Shown here: positions 45,506 to 61,344 of the stretch, piece by piece
How the letters are laid out: each line of letters opens with the position of its first letter
How positions within the stretch are numbered: the first letter of the stretch is position 1
NCBI GenBank assembly: GCA_005881595.1
Contig: VBBY01000034.1
Span: 1,308 to 65,307 of the forward strand
Reading direction: 5' to 3'
From: Betaproteobacteria bacterium
GTDB taxonomy: Bacteria; Pseudomonadota; Gammaproteobacteria; Burkholderiales; SG8-39
DNA length: 64,000 bases
The notes under the pieces: model-generated
Told to the model about the DNA's origin: nothing
The model's input: only the letters and a program-made list of their open reading frames with translations
The model's database searches: none
Translations under genes and position numbers: made by a program

Positions 45506-46128
45506 GCAGCGTCGCCCGCGTCAACCTGCTGCCGCACCGCGAAGAGCGGCGCAAGCGCGCGCGGCAGCATTTCTTCGTCCTCGCCGGCGGCACCGCGCTG
45601 GCGGGCATCCTGATCGTGGTGGCGATGCACGGCTTTTACGCCACCAAGATCGAGATCCAGGCCGACCGCAACAAATTCCTGAAGAGCGAGGTCGCCAAGC
45701 TCGACAAGGAAATCGCCGAAATCAACAAGCTGAAGGACGAGATCCAGGCGCTGCTCGCGCGCAAGCAGGTGATCGAGACGCTGCAGGCGGACCGCGCGCA
45801 GACCGTGCACCTGCTCGATCAGCTGGTGCGGCAGGTGCCCGAGGGCGTGTACCTGAGGTCGATCGTGCAGAGAGGCCTGCGCGTCAAGCTGCTGGGCTAC
45901 GCGCAATCGAACGCGCGCGTCTCGACTCTCATGCGCAATATCGAGGCTTCGCCCTGGCTGGAGCTGCCCGAGCTGGTCGAGGTCAAGGCCAACAACGTGG
46001 ACAAGCGGCGCGTCTCGGACTTCGACCTGAACCTGTCGCTCAAGCGCACCGCGACCGAGGCCAAGGACGCGGACAAGGCAAAGGATGCGGGCAAGCCGCC
46101 CGCAAAAGACGCGGCGAAGAAGGGATAA
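45502..46128 (+). CDS. pilN: type IV pilus assembly protein PilN
   Basis: RVNLLPHREERRKR N-terminus, then a TM and a coiled coil. The ATG overlaps the pilM stop. Confidence 0.9.
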   Translation: MSSVARVNLLPHREERRKRARQHFFVLAGGTALAGILIVVAMHGFYATKIEIQADRNKFLKSEVAKLDKEIAEINKLKDEIQALLARKQVIETLQADRAQTVHLLDQLVRQVPEGVYLRSIVQRGLRVKLLGYAQSNARVSTLMRNIEASPWLELPELVEVKANNVDKRRVSDFDLNLSLKRTATEAKDADKAKDAGKPPAKDAAKKG

Positions 46129-46133
46129 GCGCC

Positions 46134-46778
46134 ATGGCATTCAACTTCAATGCCCTCGTCGACGAATTCAGGCGGACCAACTGGCAGGAGCCGGGCACCT
46201 GGCATGTCGCGCCCAAACTGCTGGTGCTCCTCGCCATCGTGGTGGGGATCCCGGTGGCGGCGTTCTTCGCCGATACGCAATCGCAGATCGAGGAGCTCGA
46301 GAACGGCCGCAATCAGGAGACCAAGCTGAAGGAGGAGTACCTCGGCAAGAAGAAACAGGCGATCAACCTCGACCTGCACCGCCAGCAGCTGCGCGAGATC
46401 GATACCCAGTTCGGCGCGCTGCTGCGGCAGCTGCCGAACCGCTCGCAGATGGACGCGCTGCTTGTCGACATCAACCAGGCAGGCCTCGGCCGCGGCCTGC
46501 AGTTCGAGCTGTTCAAGCCGGCGCCCTCCGAGACCGTGAGGGAGTTCTACGCGGAGCTGCCGATCCAGGTGAAGGTCGTCGGCAACTACCACGACATGGG
46601 CGCCTTCGCGAGCGACGTGGGGCAGCTGTCGCGCATCGTCACGTTGAACGACGTGTCGATCCAGGCCGGCAAGGACGGCATTCTCACCATGGATGTCGTG
46701 GCGAGGACCTTCCGCTACCTCGACGAAGAGGAAGTGGCGGCGCAGCGCAAGGCGCAGGCGGGGAGAAAGGGCAGATGA
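46134..46778 (+). CDS. pilO: type IV pilus assembly protein PilO
   Basis: Single TM, coiled coil, and a ferredoxin-like C-terminal domain. Position between pilN and pilP. Confidence 0.88.
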   Translation: MAFNFNALVDEFRRTNWQEPGTWHVAPKLLVLLAIVVGIPVAAFFADTQSQIEELENGRNQETKLKEEYLGKKKQAINLDLHRQQLREIDTQFGALLRQLPNRSQMDALLVDINQAGLGRGLQFELFKPAPSETVREFYAELPIQVKVVGNYHDMGAFASDVGQLSRIVTLNDVSIQAGKDGILTMDVVARTFRYLDEEEVAAQRKAQAGRKGR

Positions 46779-47308
46779 TGCGCACTCCCGCCGGCATCGC
46801 GGTGCTGGCGGCCGCCGCGGCGCTTGGCGCCTGCGGCGGCGAGGAGCACGGCGATCTGAAGCAGGAGCTTGCGCAGCTGACGAAGGACGTGCGCGGGCGG
46901 GTCGAGCCGCTGCCGCAGGTCAGGCCCTACGAGCCGGTGCCCTACACGGCGGAGGGGCAGATCGACCCGTTCCGTCCCGAGCGCATCGACGTCGCGGCGG
47001 CCGGGAGCCGCGCCAGCGTCAGCAAGCTGGCGCCCGATCCGAACCGGCCGAAGGAGCCGCTCGAGTCGTTTCCGCTCGAATCGATCCAGATGCTCGGCAC
47101 GATCACCCGGAACAAGGAGGTGTTCGCGCTGGTCAAGGCAGGCCCGAACCTCTACCGCGTGCAAAAGGGGAACTACATGGGCCAGAACTTCGGAGTGGTC
47201 ACGGCCATCGACGAAGGCGCGATCAACCTGAAGGAGCTGGTCCAGGACAGCGGCGGGGAATGGGTGGAGCGCACCAGCGCGCTGCAACTGGTGGAGGCCA
47301 AACGATGA
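46775..47308 (+). CDS. pilP: type IV pilus assembly lipoprotein PilP
   Basis: Lipobox LGACGG and a C-terminal beta-sandwich region (LVKAGPNLYRVQKGNYMGQNFG). The ATG overlaps the pilO stop. Confidence 0.88.
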   Translation: MMRTPAGIAVLAAAAALGACGGEEHGDLKQELAQLTKDVRGRVEPLPQVRPYEPVPYTAEGQIDPFRPERIDVAAAGSRASVSKLAPDPNRPKEPLESFPLESIQMLGTITRNKEVFALVKAGPNLYRVQKGNYMGQNFGVVTAIDEGAINLKELVQDSGGEWVERTSALQLVEAKR

Positions 47309-49404
47309 ACACAAAGACAATGAAGGCCGTTTACGGGTTTGCCTTGTGGCTTGCCGGCATCGGGCTCGCGCTCGCCCAGTCGAACAGCATCGAGTCGTTC
47401 GAGGTATCGCAGCAGGCGGGCAAGACGATCGTGCGCATCACCACCAAGGAGCCGCTGCGCAACGTGCCGCCGAACTTCGCGGTCGCCAGCCCCGCGCGCA
47501 TCGCCTTCGACTTCCCGAATACCGTCAACGCGCTCGGCCGCGCCAGCCAGGACATCGGCCAGGGCGAGCTGCGCAGCATGAACCTGGTGCAGGGCAGCGA
47601 GCGAACCCGGCTGGTGCTGAACCTGCGCCGCCCCGTGGCGCACGAGGCGAGCCTCGACGGCGGCGCGCTGGTGATCAGCCTGTCGGAGCCGGCGGTCGCG
47701 CAGACCGCGCCGGGCGGACAGATCGCGCACTTCGCCGAAGGCAAGGCCGAAGCGAGGCACGCGATCCGCGACGTCGACTTCCGCCGCGGCCGCGCCGGCG
47801 AGGGCCGCGTGGTGGTCGATCTCTCCGACACCAGCACCGGCATCGACATCCGCCAGCAGGGCCAGAACATCATCGTCGAGTTCATCAAGACCGCGCTTCC
47901 CGACAACCTGCGCCGGCGCCTCGACGTGATCGACTTCGGCACGCCGGTCACCACGGTCAGCACCTTCCCGCAGGGCGAGAACGTGCGCATGGTGATCGAG
48001 CCGAAGGGGCAGTGGGAGCACAACGCCTACCAGACCGACACCCAGTTCGTGGTGGAGGTCAAGCCGGTGGTTCCCGATCCGTCGCGCGAAGGGCAGCGCG
48101 GCCGCTACACCGGCGAGAAGCTCTCGCTCAACTTCCAGAACGTCGAGGTGCGGGCGGTGCTCAACGTGATCGCCGACTTCACCGACCTCAACATCATCAC
48201 CAGCGACACGGTGACCGGGAACATCACCCTGCGCCTGAAGGACGTGCCCTGGGACCAGGCGCTCGACATCATCCTGCAGGCGCGCGGCCTCGACAGCCGC
48301 CGCACCGGCAACGTGGTCTGGATCGCGCCGCGCGACGAGCTCGCGACGCGCGAGAAGCTCGCGCTCGAGGCAACTCAGACGATCAACGACCTCGAGCAGA
48401 CGCGCACCGAAGCGTTCCAGATGAACTACCAGAAGGCGGCCGACGTGCAGAAGCTGCTCGCGGACCCGAGCCAGCGCATCCTCTCCAAGCGCGGCAGCGC
48501 CGTGGTCGACGCGCGCACCAACACGTTGTTCGTCCAGGACACGCCGACCCACCTGGAGGAGGTGCGCCGGCTGCTCGCCAAGATCGACGTCGCGGTGCGT
48601 CAGGTGATGATCGAGGCGCGCATCGTCGAAGCCAACGACAGCTTCAGCAGGAACCTCGGCGCGCGCTTCGGGTATACGGAATCTGCGAGCACCGGGCGCA
48701 ACATCGGCGGCCTCAAGCCCGTGATCGGCGGCAATCTCGGCACCACCCAGGCGGCGGCCGGGACCGGACTGAGCACCGGCGTACCAATCGACATCCCCCC
48801 AGGGGGGCTGCAGAGCAGCCTGCCGGCGAACGGCCTCAACGCCTTTCAGGCCGGGCAGTTCTCCTTTGTCCTGTTCAACGCGTCTCTGTCGCGCATCCTG
48901 AGCATCGAGATCTCCGCGATGGAAGCCGACGGCAAAGGCAAGATCATCTCCAGCCCGCGCGTGCTGACGGCCAACCAGGTGGAGGCGCTGATCGAGCAGG
49001 GCACGGAAATTCCCTACCAGCAGTCGACCTCCTCGGGCGCGACCGCGACAGCGTTCCGCAAGGCCAACCTGTCTCTCAAGGTGAAGCCGCAGATCACGCC
49101 CGACGACAACATCATCATGTCGCTCGACGTCAACAAGGACCAGCCGGGAGCGGTCACGGATCAAGGGGTGCAGATCAATACCAAGCACGTGAAGACCGAG
49201 GTGCTGGTCGAAAACGGCGGCACGGTGGTGATCGGCGGCATCTACGAGCAGACCGACCGCACCGACATCACCAGGATCCCGTTCTTCGGCGAGCTGCCTT
49301 TCCTCGGCTTCCTGTTCCGCAACAATACGTCGCTCACCAACAAGACGGAGCTCCTGGTATTCATCACGCCGCGCATCGTGAATGAGCGGCTGACGATTCG
49401 CTGA
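47305..49404 (+). CDS. pilQ: type IV pilus secretin PilQ
   Basis: Signal peptide, AMIN-type N-domains, and a secretin C-domain (VVIGGIYE ... [15 protein letters not shown] ... [11 protein letters not shown]). Confidence 0.95.
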   Translation: MNTKTMKAVYGFALWLAGIGLALAQSNSIESFEVSQQAGKTIVRITTKEPLRNVPPNFAVASPARIAFDFPNTVNALGRASQDIGQGELRSMNLVQGSERTRLVLNLRRPVAHEASLDGGALVISLSEPAVAQTAPGGQIAHFAEGKAEARHAIRDVDFRRGRAGEGRVVVDLSDTSTGIDIRQQGQNIIVEFIKTALPDNLRRRLDVIDFGTPVTTVSTFPQGENVRMVIEPKGQWEHNAYQTDTQFVVEVKPVVPDPSREGQRGRYTGEKLSLNFQNVEVRAVLNVIADFTDLNIITSDTVTGNITLRLKDVPWDQALDIILQARGLDSRRTGNVVWIAPRDELATREKLALEATQTINDLEQTRTEAFQMNYQKAADVQKLLADPSQRILSKRGSAVVDARTNTLFVQDTPTHLEEVRRLLAKIDVAVRQVMIEARIVEANDSFSRNLGARFGYTESASTGRNIGGLKPVIGGNLGTTQAAAGTGLSTGVPIDIPPGGLQSSLPANGLNAFQAGQFSFVLFNASLSRILSIEISAMEADGKGKIISSPRVLTANQVEALIEQGTEIPYQQSTSSGATATAFRKANLSLKVKPQITPDDNIIMSLDVNKDQPGAVTDQGVQINTKHVKTEVLVENGGTVVIGGIYEQTDRTDITRIPFFGELPFLGFLFRNNTSLTNKTELLVFITPRIVNERLTIR

Positions 49405-49430
49405 GCGCCGCATCTCCTCGGGCGGTGCGA

Positions 49431-49460
49431 CGGCCGGGCGCTCCCCGGCCGTTTTTGTTT
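49431..49460 (+). terminator. rho-independent terminator after pilQ
   Basis: 8-bp all-GC stem CGGCCGGG/CCCGGCCG with a 5-nt loop, followed by TTTTTGTTT, 27 nt after the pilQ stop. Confidence 0.65.
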
Positions 49461-49465
49461 CTACA

Positions 49466-50008
49466 ATGCCGGGGATGAAGCGCGGCGAAAACATCTACCT
49501 CGTGGGGCTGATGGGCGCGGGCAAGACCACCGTGGGCAGGCTGCTGGCGCGGCGCCTGAAGCTGCGCTTCGTCGATTCCGACCAGGAAATCGAGCGCCGC
49601 TGCGGCGTGAAGATCCCCCTGATCTGGGAGATCGAGGGCGAGGCCGGCTTCCGCGGCCGCGAGGCGCAGGTGCTCGCCGAGCTGACTGCGCAGGACGGCG
49701 CGGTGCTCGCCACCGGAGGCGGCTCGGTGCTGCTCGACGAGAACCGCAAGCGCCTGGCGGCACGCGGCACGGTGGTCTATCTCCGGGCGAGCCCCGAGGA
49801 CCTGTACCGGCGCGTGCACTACGACCGCGACCGGCCGCTGCTCGCGACCGGCGATCCGCTGGCGCGGCTGCGCGAGCTCTATGCCGAGCGCGATTCGCTC
49901 TACCGCGGCGTCGCCGACCTGGTGATCGATACCGGCGCCCAGAGCGTGCAGGCGCTGGCGCGCGAGCTGCTGGAAAAGCTGGAAGAGCGATGGAAAGCCT
50001 CCGCGTAG
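49466..50008 (+). CDS. aroK: shikimate kinase
   Basis: [22 protein letters not shown] Walker A and GGG motif region. The start is ATG 49466 or 49475. Confidence 0.92.
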   Translation: MPGMKRGENIYLVGLMGAGKTTVGRLLARRLKLRFVDSDQEIERRCGVKIPLIWEIEGEAGFRGREAQVLAELTAQDGAVLATGGGSVLLDENRKRLAARGTVVYLRASPEDLYRRVHYDRDRPLLATGDPLARLRELYAERDSLYRGVADLVIDTGAQSVQALARELLEKLEERWKASA

Positions 50009-51072
50009 CCCTCGGCGAGCGCTCCTATCCGATTCACGTCGGCAGCGGCATCCTCGATGCGACGGCGCTGTACGCGCCGCATCTCCCGGCCGGCAGCGCG
50101 GCCGTGGTGACCAACCAGGTCGTGGCGCCGCTTTATCTGCCGCGCGTGAAAAAGGCGCTCGAGGCGGCGGGCGCGCGCGTCGCGCAGGTCGTGCTCGAAG
50201 ACGGCGAGCAGTCGAAGCGCTGGACGAGCCTGGAGCGCGTGTTCGATGCGCTGCTGGCAGCGCGCTGCGGCCGCGATACGCTGATCGTCGCGCTCGGCGG
50301 CGGGGTGATCGGCGATCTGGCCGGGTTTGCCGCCGCGATTTACCAGCGCGGCGTGGCCCTGCTGCAGGTGCCTACCACGCTCCTTGCGCAGGTGGACTCC
50401 TCGGTCGGCGGCAAGACCGCCATCAACCATGTCCAGGGCAAGAACATGCTCGGCGCCTTTCACCAGCCGCGCGCGGTGATCACCGACGTCGCGACGCTCG
50501 ATACGCTGCCCGAGCGCGAGCTGCGCGCGGGGCTTGCCGAAGTGATCAAGCATGCGCTGGCCTTGGACCTTCCATTTGTGGAATGGCTCGAAAAAAGCAT
50601 CGACTCGCTGCTCGCCCGGGAGCGCAGCGCCCTCGTCTACGCGGTGCGGCGCTGTTGCGAGCTCAAGGCGGGCGTGGTCGCCGCCGACGAGCGCGAATCC
50701 GGCGTGCGCAGCCTGCTCAATTTCGGCCATACCTTCGGCCACGCCATCGAAGCGGGCACCGGGTACGGCGCGTGGCTGCACGGCGAGGCGATCGCGGCGG
50801 GGATGGTCATGGCCGCGGAGCTGTCGGCCCGCGCAGGCCTTCTTGCAGCAGCGGATGTTCATCGCGTGCGCTCGCTGCTGAGCCGGGCCGGCCTGCCGGT
50901 CACCGGGCCTGCGCTCGGCACCGAGCGCCTGCTCGAGCTGATGGCGCTGGACAAGAAGGTCGCGCGCGGCCGTACGCGCTTCGTGTTGCTGGAGGCCATC
51001 GGCCGGGCCGCGCTGCGCGCCGATCTCGAGGAGCGGCAGGTACGCGAAGCCATTGTCGCTGCAGCGCAATAA
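49990..51072 (+). CDS. aroB: 3-dehydroquinate synthase
   Basis: [29 protein letters not shown] and [11 protein letters not shown] motifs. Confidence 0.95.
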   Translation: MESLRVALGERSYPIHVGSGILDATALYAPHLPAGSAAVVTNQVVAPLYLPRVKKALEAAGARVAQVVLEDGEQSKRWTSLERVFDALLAARCGRDTLIVALGGGVIGDLAGFAAAIYQRGVALLQVPTTLLAQVDSSVGGKTAINHVQGKNMLGAFHQPRAVITDVATLDTLPERELRAGLAEVIKHALALDLPFVEWLEKSIDSLLARERSALVYAVRRCCELKAGVVAADERESGVRSLLNFGHTFGHAIEAGTGYGAWLHGEAIAAGMVMAAELSARAGLLAAADVHRVRSLLSRAGLPVTGPALGTERLLELMALDKKVARGRTRFVLLEAIGRAALRADLEERQVREAIVAAAQ

Positions 51073-51100
51073 ATGTATATTCAAAAGCTCGGTCCCGATC

Positions 51101-55690
<4,590 letters not shown>

Positions 55691-55702
55691 GTGGAGAAAT
55701 GA

Positions 55703-57166
55703 GTGGGTAAGGTCACCGGGTTCCTCGAGTTCGGCCGCGTCGAGGAGCCGCACGAGCCTACCGAGGCCCGCAGGAAGCACTACCGCGAGTTCTACCTGCG
55801 CCTGTCCGACGAGGCGGCGGGAGTGCAAGGCGCGCGCTGCATGGATTGCGGCGTGCCGTTCTGCATGTCTGGGTGCCCGGTCAACAACATCATCCCGGAC
55901 TGGAACGACCTGGTTTACCGGCAGGACTGGAAGACGGCGATCGAGGTGCTGCACTCGACCAACAACTTTCCGGAATTCACCGGCCGCATCTGTCCGGCGC
56001 CCTGCGAGGAAGCGTGCGTGCTGCGCATCAACGAGGACCCGGTCGGCATCAAGTCGATCGAGCACGCCATCATCGACAAGGCCTGGGAAGAGGGCTGGGT
56101 GCGGCCGCTGCCCGCGGCGCACAGGACGGGAAAGAAGGTCGCGGTCGTCGGCTCGGGCCCGGCCGGGCTTGCCTGCGCGCAGCAGCTGGCGCGCGCCGGC
56201 CACGACGTGACCGTGTTCGAGAAGAGCGACCGCATCGGCGGGCTGCTGCGTTACGGCATTCCCGACTTCAAGCTCGAAAAAGGCGTGATCGACCGGCGCC
56301 TGGAGCAGATGCGCGCCGAGGGGGTGAAATTCCGCCCTGCGGTTTTCATCGGCGTGCGCTCGCCGGCCGGCGGTGTGGGCAGCGACGCGCGCGAGAATAT
56401 ATCTCCGGATCAGTTGAAGGCGGACTTCGATGCGATCGTGCTCGCAGCCGGCGCAGAGCAGCCGCGCGACCTGCCGATTCCCGGGCGCGCGCTCGATGGC
56501 GTGCACTACGCGATGGATTTCCTGCCGCTGCAGAACAAGCGCGTCGCCGGCGATGGCGGCGTGCCCGAGCTCTGGGCAACCGACAAGCACGTCGTGATCA
56601 TCGGCGGCGGCGACACCGGCTCGGACTGCGTCGGCACGTCCAACCGCCACGGCGCCAGGTCGATCACGCAGTTCGAGGTGCTGCCGATGCCGCCGGACGT
56701 CGAGAACAATCCGGTGTGGCCGTATTGGCCGGTGCGGCTGCGCACCTCCTCGTCGCACGAAGAGGGCGTGAACCGCGACTGGTCGGTGGCCACCAAGGAA
56801 TTCGTGGGCGAGAGCGGAAAGCTCAAAAAGCTGCGCGCCGCGCGGCTGGAATGGAAGGACGGCAAGCCGCAGGAAGTGCCCGGGTCGCAGTTCGAGATGC
56901 CGGCCGACCTGGTGCTGCTGGCGATGGGCTTCGTCTCGCCGCTGCAGTCAATGCTCGAGGAGTTCGGCGTGCAGAAGGACGCCCGGGGCAATGCCCGGGC
57001 CGACACGGACGGAGCGCGCGCTTACCTGACGTCGGTGCCGAAGGTGTTCGCGGCGGGCGACGTGCGCCGCGGCCAGTCGCTCGTCGTCTGGGCGATCCGC
57101 GAAGGCCGCCAGTGCGCCCGCTCGGTGGACGAATCTCTGATGGGCTTCTCAGAGCTGCCGCGCTAG
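55703..57166 (+). CDS. gltD: glutamate synthase small subunit (NADPH)
   Basis: [10 protein letters not shown]-terminus, Cys clusters ([15 protein letters not shown]), and [14 protein letters not shown] dinucleotide folds. GTG start. Confidence 0.95.
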   Translation: MGKVTGFLEFGRVEEPHEPTEARRKHYREFYLRLSDEAAGVQGARCMDCGVPFCMSGCPVNNIIPDWNDLVYRQDWKTAIEVLHSTNNFPEFTGRICPAPCEEACVLRINEDPVGIKSIEHAIIDKAWEEGWVRPLPAAHRTGKKVAVVGSGPAGLACAQQLARAGHDVTVFEKSDRIGGLLRYGIPDFKLEKGVIDRRLEQMRAEGVKFRPAVFIGVRSPAGGVGSDARENISPDQLKADFDAIVLAAGAEQPRDLPIPGRALDGVHYAMDFLPLQNKRVAGDGGVPELWATDKHVVIIGGGDTGSDCVGTSNRHGARSITQFEVLPMPPDVENNPVWPYWPVRLRTSSSHEEGVNRDWSVATKEFVGESGKLKKLRAARLEWKDGKPQEVPGSQFEMPADLVLLAMGFVSPLQSMLEEFGVQKDARGNARADTDGARAYLTSVPKVFAAGDVRRGQSLVVWAIREGRQCARSVDESLMGFSELPR

Positions 57167-58081
57167 CAGCGGGCGGATCTGCTCCCAGTCGTTCGGGAAC
57201 AGGTTGAGCTTGGCGGCTCGATCCTTGTCCAGATACGAGTAGTCGAGCGCCATGAATTCGGCGCACAGGCGGCCCAGGTTGTCGGCGATGAAGCGCGAAG
57301 AGGGGTCGAGGTTGCGCACCACGGCGAGGCCGGTCGGCGGCGTGGCGATCGTGTGAATCGACAAGTCGGGGCGATATTTCTTCAGCAGCACGATCAGCCG
57401 CCATATATCGCCGCTCCAGAAACCCCACAAGCGCTCGCGCTGCGCCGTTCTGCGGTCGTGCGGAAAGCAATCGTGGACCAGAATCGTCGATTGCGCAGTC
57501 GACAACCGCTCGAGGTGCATGAAATCGCGCAGCGCGAATTCGAAGTGATGCATGCCGTCGATCAGCGCGAGGTCGACCGGCAAGCCGCCCAATTCCGCGC
57601 GCACGTCGTGCCGCGCGAAAAAATCATCGCTGGTCTCTGCGAACACGCGCACGCTCGGCGGCAAGGGGAACGCAACGGCGGGTTCGGGGTCGATGCCGAG
57701 GGCGACGGTCCCGGGAAGCACGAGCCGCAACGACTTGCCGGCTTCTACCCCGATCTCGATGTACGTGCGCGGCCGCAGGTGGCCGTGGATCCGCTGCAGC
57801 ACCTGGAAGTAGTCCTCCCCGTGCAGGAACATCTCGAAAAGCAGCGAATCTGCGGCTTCGAGCCCGGGGTCGAGATGCAATGCCCGCTCGCAGTAGCGCG
57901 CCGCCCGGTCGCGTTCGCCGGCCGCGGACGCGGCCATGGCGGCGGCATACACATAATTCGGCTTGGAGGACAGCCGCGCAGCCAGGGCGAGGTGCGGAAG
58001 CGCCCTGCGCGGACGTCCCCCTTGAAGGAGTGAAGCGCCGCGCCAGTACAATGCGTCAGCCACGATTCGAAGGAGCATCAT
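57149..58081 (-). CDS. TPR-like N-terminal domain fused to a class I SAM-dependent methyltransferase fold
   Basis: Gly-rich motif I-like [11 protein letters not shown], and [18 protein letters not shown], typical of Methyltransf_24-like enzymes. The N-terminal 80 aa are TPR-like. Family assignment is tentative. Confidence 0.65.
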   Translation of the reverse strand: MMLLRIVADALYWRGASLLQGGRPRRALPHLALAARLSSKPNYVYAAAMAASAAGERDRAARYCERALHLDPGLEAADSLLFEMFLHGEDYFQVLQRIHGHLRPRTYIEIGVEAGKSLRLVLPGTVALGIDPEPAVAFPLPPSVRVFAETSDDFFARHDVRAELGGLPVDLALIDGMHHFEFALRDFMHLERLSTAQSTILVHDCFPHDRRTAQRERLWGFWSGDIWRLIVLLKKYRPDLSIHTIATPPTGLAVVRNLDPSSRFIADNLGRLCAEFMALDYSYLDKDRAAKLNLFPNDWEQIRPLLARQL

Positions 58082-58150
58082 CGCAAAATCACCGAATCCT
58101 CACCAGGCTGAGCATCGCCGATTCGCGCGCAATATTAGCCTAGAATCCGC

Positions 58151-59515
58151 GTGATGCCGCTCGACGTGATCGTACTGGCCGCCGGCCTGGGCAAGCGCAT
58201 GCGCTCGGAGCTTCCCAAGGTGCTTCATCCGCTTGCCGGCCGGCCGCTGCTCGCCCATGTGCTCGACGCCGCGCGCGCGCTCGCGCCGCGCAGGATGTTC
58301 GTCGTGCATGGTCATGGCGCCGAGCGCGTGCGCGCCGCGTTTCCCGATGCCGGGGTCGATTGGGTTCTGCAGGCCAAGCAGCTCGGCACCGGCCACGCCG
58401 TGCTGCAGGCGCTGCCGCAGGTAGCGTCCGACGCGGACGTGCTGGTCCTGTACGGCGATGTGCCGCTGGTGCGGCCTGCCACATTGAGGCGCCTGGTCGA
58501 GGGCGCTCGCGGGAGCGTAGGCATCGTTGTCGCCGAGCTCGACGACCCTTCGGGCTATGGCCGCATCGTGCGCGACGCGGCGCAGCGCGTCGCGCGCATC
58601 GTCGAGCAAAAGGATGCCACGGCGAGCGAGCTCGCCATCCGCGAAGTCAATTCCGGGTTTTTTTGCCTGAGCGCGCGGCGGCTCGCGCCATGGCTGTCGA
58701 AGATCGGCAATGACAATGCGCAGAACGAGTATTACCTCACCGATCTGGTGGCGCTCGCCGTGGCCGACGCCGTGCCGGTGCTCGCCGTCAAGGCCGAGGA
58801 CCAGTGGGAAGTCGCCGGCGTCAATTCCATGCAGGAGCTCGCCGTGCTGGAGCGCGTCTGGCAGGGGCGCGAAGCGAGGCGGCTGCTCGAGGCCGGCGTG
58901 ACGCTGGCCGACCCGGCGCGCATCGACGTGCGCGGCGCGCTCGAGTGCGGCCGCGACGTTTCGATCGACATCAACTGCGTGTTCGAGGGCCGCGTGAGCC
59001 TCGGCGACAACGTCCGGGTGGGACCGAACTGCGTGCTGAAAAACGTCAGCATCGGCGCCGGCACCGAGGTGCTCGCCTTCTCGCATCTCGACGACGCCGA
59101 GCTCGGCGAGCGTTGCCGCGTCGGGCCGTTCGCGCGGCTGCGGCCCGGCGCTCGCCTGGCGGAGGACGTGCATGTTGGAAACTTCGTCGAGGTCAAGGCG
59201 AGCCGCCTCGGCGCCGGCTCCAAGGCCAACCACCTCTCGTACCTCGGCGACTCCGAGGTCGGCAGCCGCGTGAACGTGGGGGCTGGAACCATCACCTGCA
59301 ACTACGACGGCGCCGCGAAGCACCGTACCGTGATCGAGGACGACTGCTTCATCGGCTCGGACGCGACGCTGGTGGCGCCGGTGCGCATCGCGCGCGGCTC
59401 CTATATCGGCGCCGGCTCGACCATCAGCAAGGACACGCCGCCGGGACAGCTCACCGTGGCGCGCGCCCGGCAGGTGTCGATCCCGTCCTGGAAACCACCG
59501 CGAAAGAAAGGCTGA
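58151..59515 (+). CDS. glmU: bifunctional UDP-N-acetylglucosamine pyrophosphorylase / GlcN-1-P acetyltransferase
   Basis: [13 protein letters not shown] nucleotidyltransferase motif and C-terminal hexapeptide repeats. The start is GTG 58151 or ATG 58154. Confidence 0.95.
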   Translation: MMPLDVIVLAAGLGKRMRSELPKVLHPLAGRPLLAHVLDAARALAPRRMFVVHGHGAERVRAAFPDAGVDWVLQAKQLGTGHAVLQALPQVASDADVLVLYGDVPLVRPATLRRLVEGARGSVGIVVAELDDPSGYGRIVRDAAQRVARIVEQKDATASELAIREVNSGFFCLSARRLAPWLSKIGNDNAQNEYYLTDLVALAVADAVPVLAVKAEDQWEVAGVNSMQELAVLERVWQGREARRLLEAGVTLADPARIDVRGALECGRDVSIDINCVFEGRVSLGDNVRVGPNCVLKNVSIGAGTEVLAFSHLDDAELGERCRVGPFARLRPGARLAEDVHVGNFVEVKASRLGAGSKANHLSYLGDSEVGSRVNVGAGTITCNYDGAAKHRTVIEDDCFIGSDATLVAPVRIARGSYIGAGSTISKDTPPGQLTVARARQVSIPSWKPPRKKG

Positions 59516-59519
59516 GATC

Positions 59520-61337
59520 ATGTGCGGCATCGTCGGCGCGGCAGCGCGTCGCGACATCGTCCCGGTCCTCGTCGAAGGCCTGCGCCGGCTTGAGTACCGC
59601 GGCTACGACTCCTGCGGCGTAGCGGTGCTTTTCGACGGCCAGATCGGGCGCGTGCGCAGCGTCGCGCGCGTCGCAAACCTGGCAATTCAAGTTGGCGAAA
59701 AACACATCGAAGGCGCGACGGGTATCGCCCACACGCGCTGGGCGACGCACGGGGCGCCGGCGACCGAGAACGCGCACCCCCTGGTCTCGCACGGGGAAAT
59801 CGCGCTGGTGCACAACGGCATCATCGAAAACCACGAAGAGCTGCGCGCCGAGCTGCAGGCGGCGGGATACCGCTTCGAAAGCCAGACCGATACCGAGGTC
59901 ATCGCGCACCTCGTGCATAGCTACTACCGCGGCGACCTGGCGGAAGCAGTGCGCGCGGCGGTGAAGCGCCTGGCCGGCGCTTACGCCATCGCGGTGCTGG
60001 CAAGCAAGGAGCCGCATCGCGTGGTCGGCGCGCGCTCCGGCAGCCCGCTGGTGGTGGGAGTCGGGGAAAAAGAATTCTTCCTCGCCTCCGATGCGCTCGC
60101 GCTTGCCGGCACGACCGAGCGCATCGCCTACCTCGAGGACGGCGACGTGGTTTCCATCGACCGGGAGGGCTGGCACGCCGTCGACCGCGACGGCCGCGCC
60201 GCGCCGCGCGAGGTGCGCACGGTGAAGACCGCCGGCGCCGCGGCCGAGCTGGGTCCCTATCGCCACTTCATGCAGAAGGAGATCTTCGAGCAGCCGCGCG
60301 CGGTCTCGGACACGCTCGAGTCGGTGGCGACGGTCACCCCGGCGCTCTTCGGCGGCCAGGCGCAAGAGCAGCTCGCCGAGGTGGACTCGGTGCTGATCCT
60401 CGCCTGCGGTACCAGCTTCCATGCCGGCCTGGTGGCGCGGCACTGGATCGAGGCGCTGGCAGGACTGCCCTGCAACGTCGAGATCGCGAGCGAATACCGC
60501 TACCGCTCCAGCGTCCCCAACCCGCGCACGCTGGTCACGCTGGTGTCGCAGTCGGGCGAAACCGCCGATACCCTGGCGGCGCTGAGGCACGCCCAGGCGC
60601 TGGGGCACGGCAGGACGCTCTCCGTCTGCAACGTGGCGACCAGCGCCATGATGCGCATGACGCGGCTCGCCTTCCTCACGCATGCCGGGACCGAGATCGG
60701 CGTCGCCTCGACCAAGGCCTTCACCACGCAACTGATCGCCCTGTTTCTTCTTTCGCTGACCCTGGCCAAGGCCCGCGGGCGCCTCGGCGCCGAGGAGGAG
60801 ACCGCGCATCTCAAGCGCCTGCGGCACTTGCCCACGGCGCTCGCCGCGGTGCTCGCGCTCGAGCCGCAGGTCATGGCGTGGGCCGAGCGCTTCGCGAAGA
60901 AAGAGCACGCGCTGTTTCTCGGCCGCGGGCTGCACTACCCGATCGCGCTCGAGGGGGCGCTGAAGCTGAAGGAAGTCTCCTATATCCACGCCGAAGCCTA
61001 CGCCGCGGGCGAGCTGAAGCATGGACCGCTCGCGCTGGTCACCGGGGACATGCCCGTAGTGACGGTGGCACCGAACGACGCGCTGCTCGAGAAGCTCAAA
61101 TCGAACATGCAGGAAGTGAGGGCGCGCGGCGGCGAGCTGTACGTGTTCGCCGATGCCGACACGCGTATCGCCACCTCGACCGGCGTGAACGTGGTGCGCC
61201 TGCCCGAGCACTACGGCCTGCTGTCGCCGATCCTGCACGTCGTGCCGCTGCAGCTCCTCGCCTACCACGCGGCTCTCGTTCGCGGCACCGACGTCGATAA
61301 ACCGAGAAATCTGGCCAAGTCCGTCACGGTCGAGTAG
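59520..61337 (+). CDS. glmS: glutamine--fructose-6-phosphate aminotransferase
   Basis: MCGIVG N-terminal nucleophile, SIS domains, and a C-terminal ...LAKSVTVE. Confidence 0.97.
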   Translation: MCGIVGAAARRDIVPVLVEGLRRLEYRGYDSCGVAVLFDGQIGRVRSVARVANLAIQVGEKHIEGATGIAHTRWATHGAPATENAHPLVSHGEIALVHNGIIENHEELRAELQAAGYRFESQTDTEVIAHLVHSYYRGDLAEAVRAAVKRLAGAYAIAVLASKEPHRVVGARSGSPLVVGVGEKEFFLASDALALAGTTERIAYLEDGDVVSIDREGWHAVDRDGRAAPREVRTVKTAGAAAELGPYRHFMQKEIFEQPRAVSDTLESVATVTPALFGGQAQEQLAEVDSVLILACGTSFHAGLVARHWIEALAGLPCNVEIASEYRYRSSVPNPRTLVTLVSQSGETADTLAALRHAQALGHGRTLSVCNVATSAMMRMTRLAFLTHAGTEIGVASTKAFTTQLIALFLLSLTLAKARGRLGAEEETAHLKRLRHLPTALAAVLALEPQVMAWAERFAKKEHALFLGRGLHYPIALEGALKLKEVSYIHAEAYAAGELKHGPLALVTGDMPVVTVAPNDALLEKLKSNMQEVRARGGELYVFADADTRIATSTGVNVVRLPEHYGLLSPILHVVPLQLLAYHAALVRGTDVDKPRNLAKSVTVE

Positions 61338-61344
61338 GCCGAGG

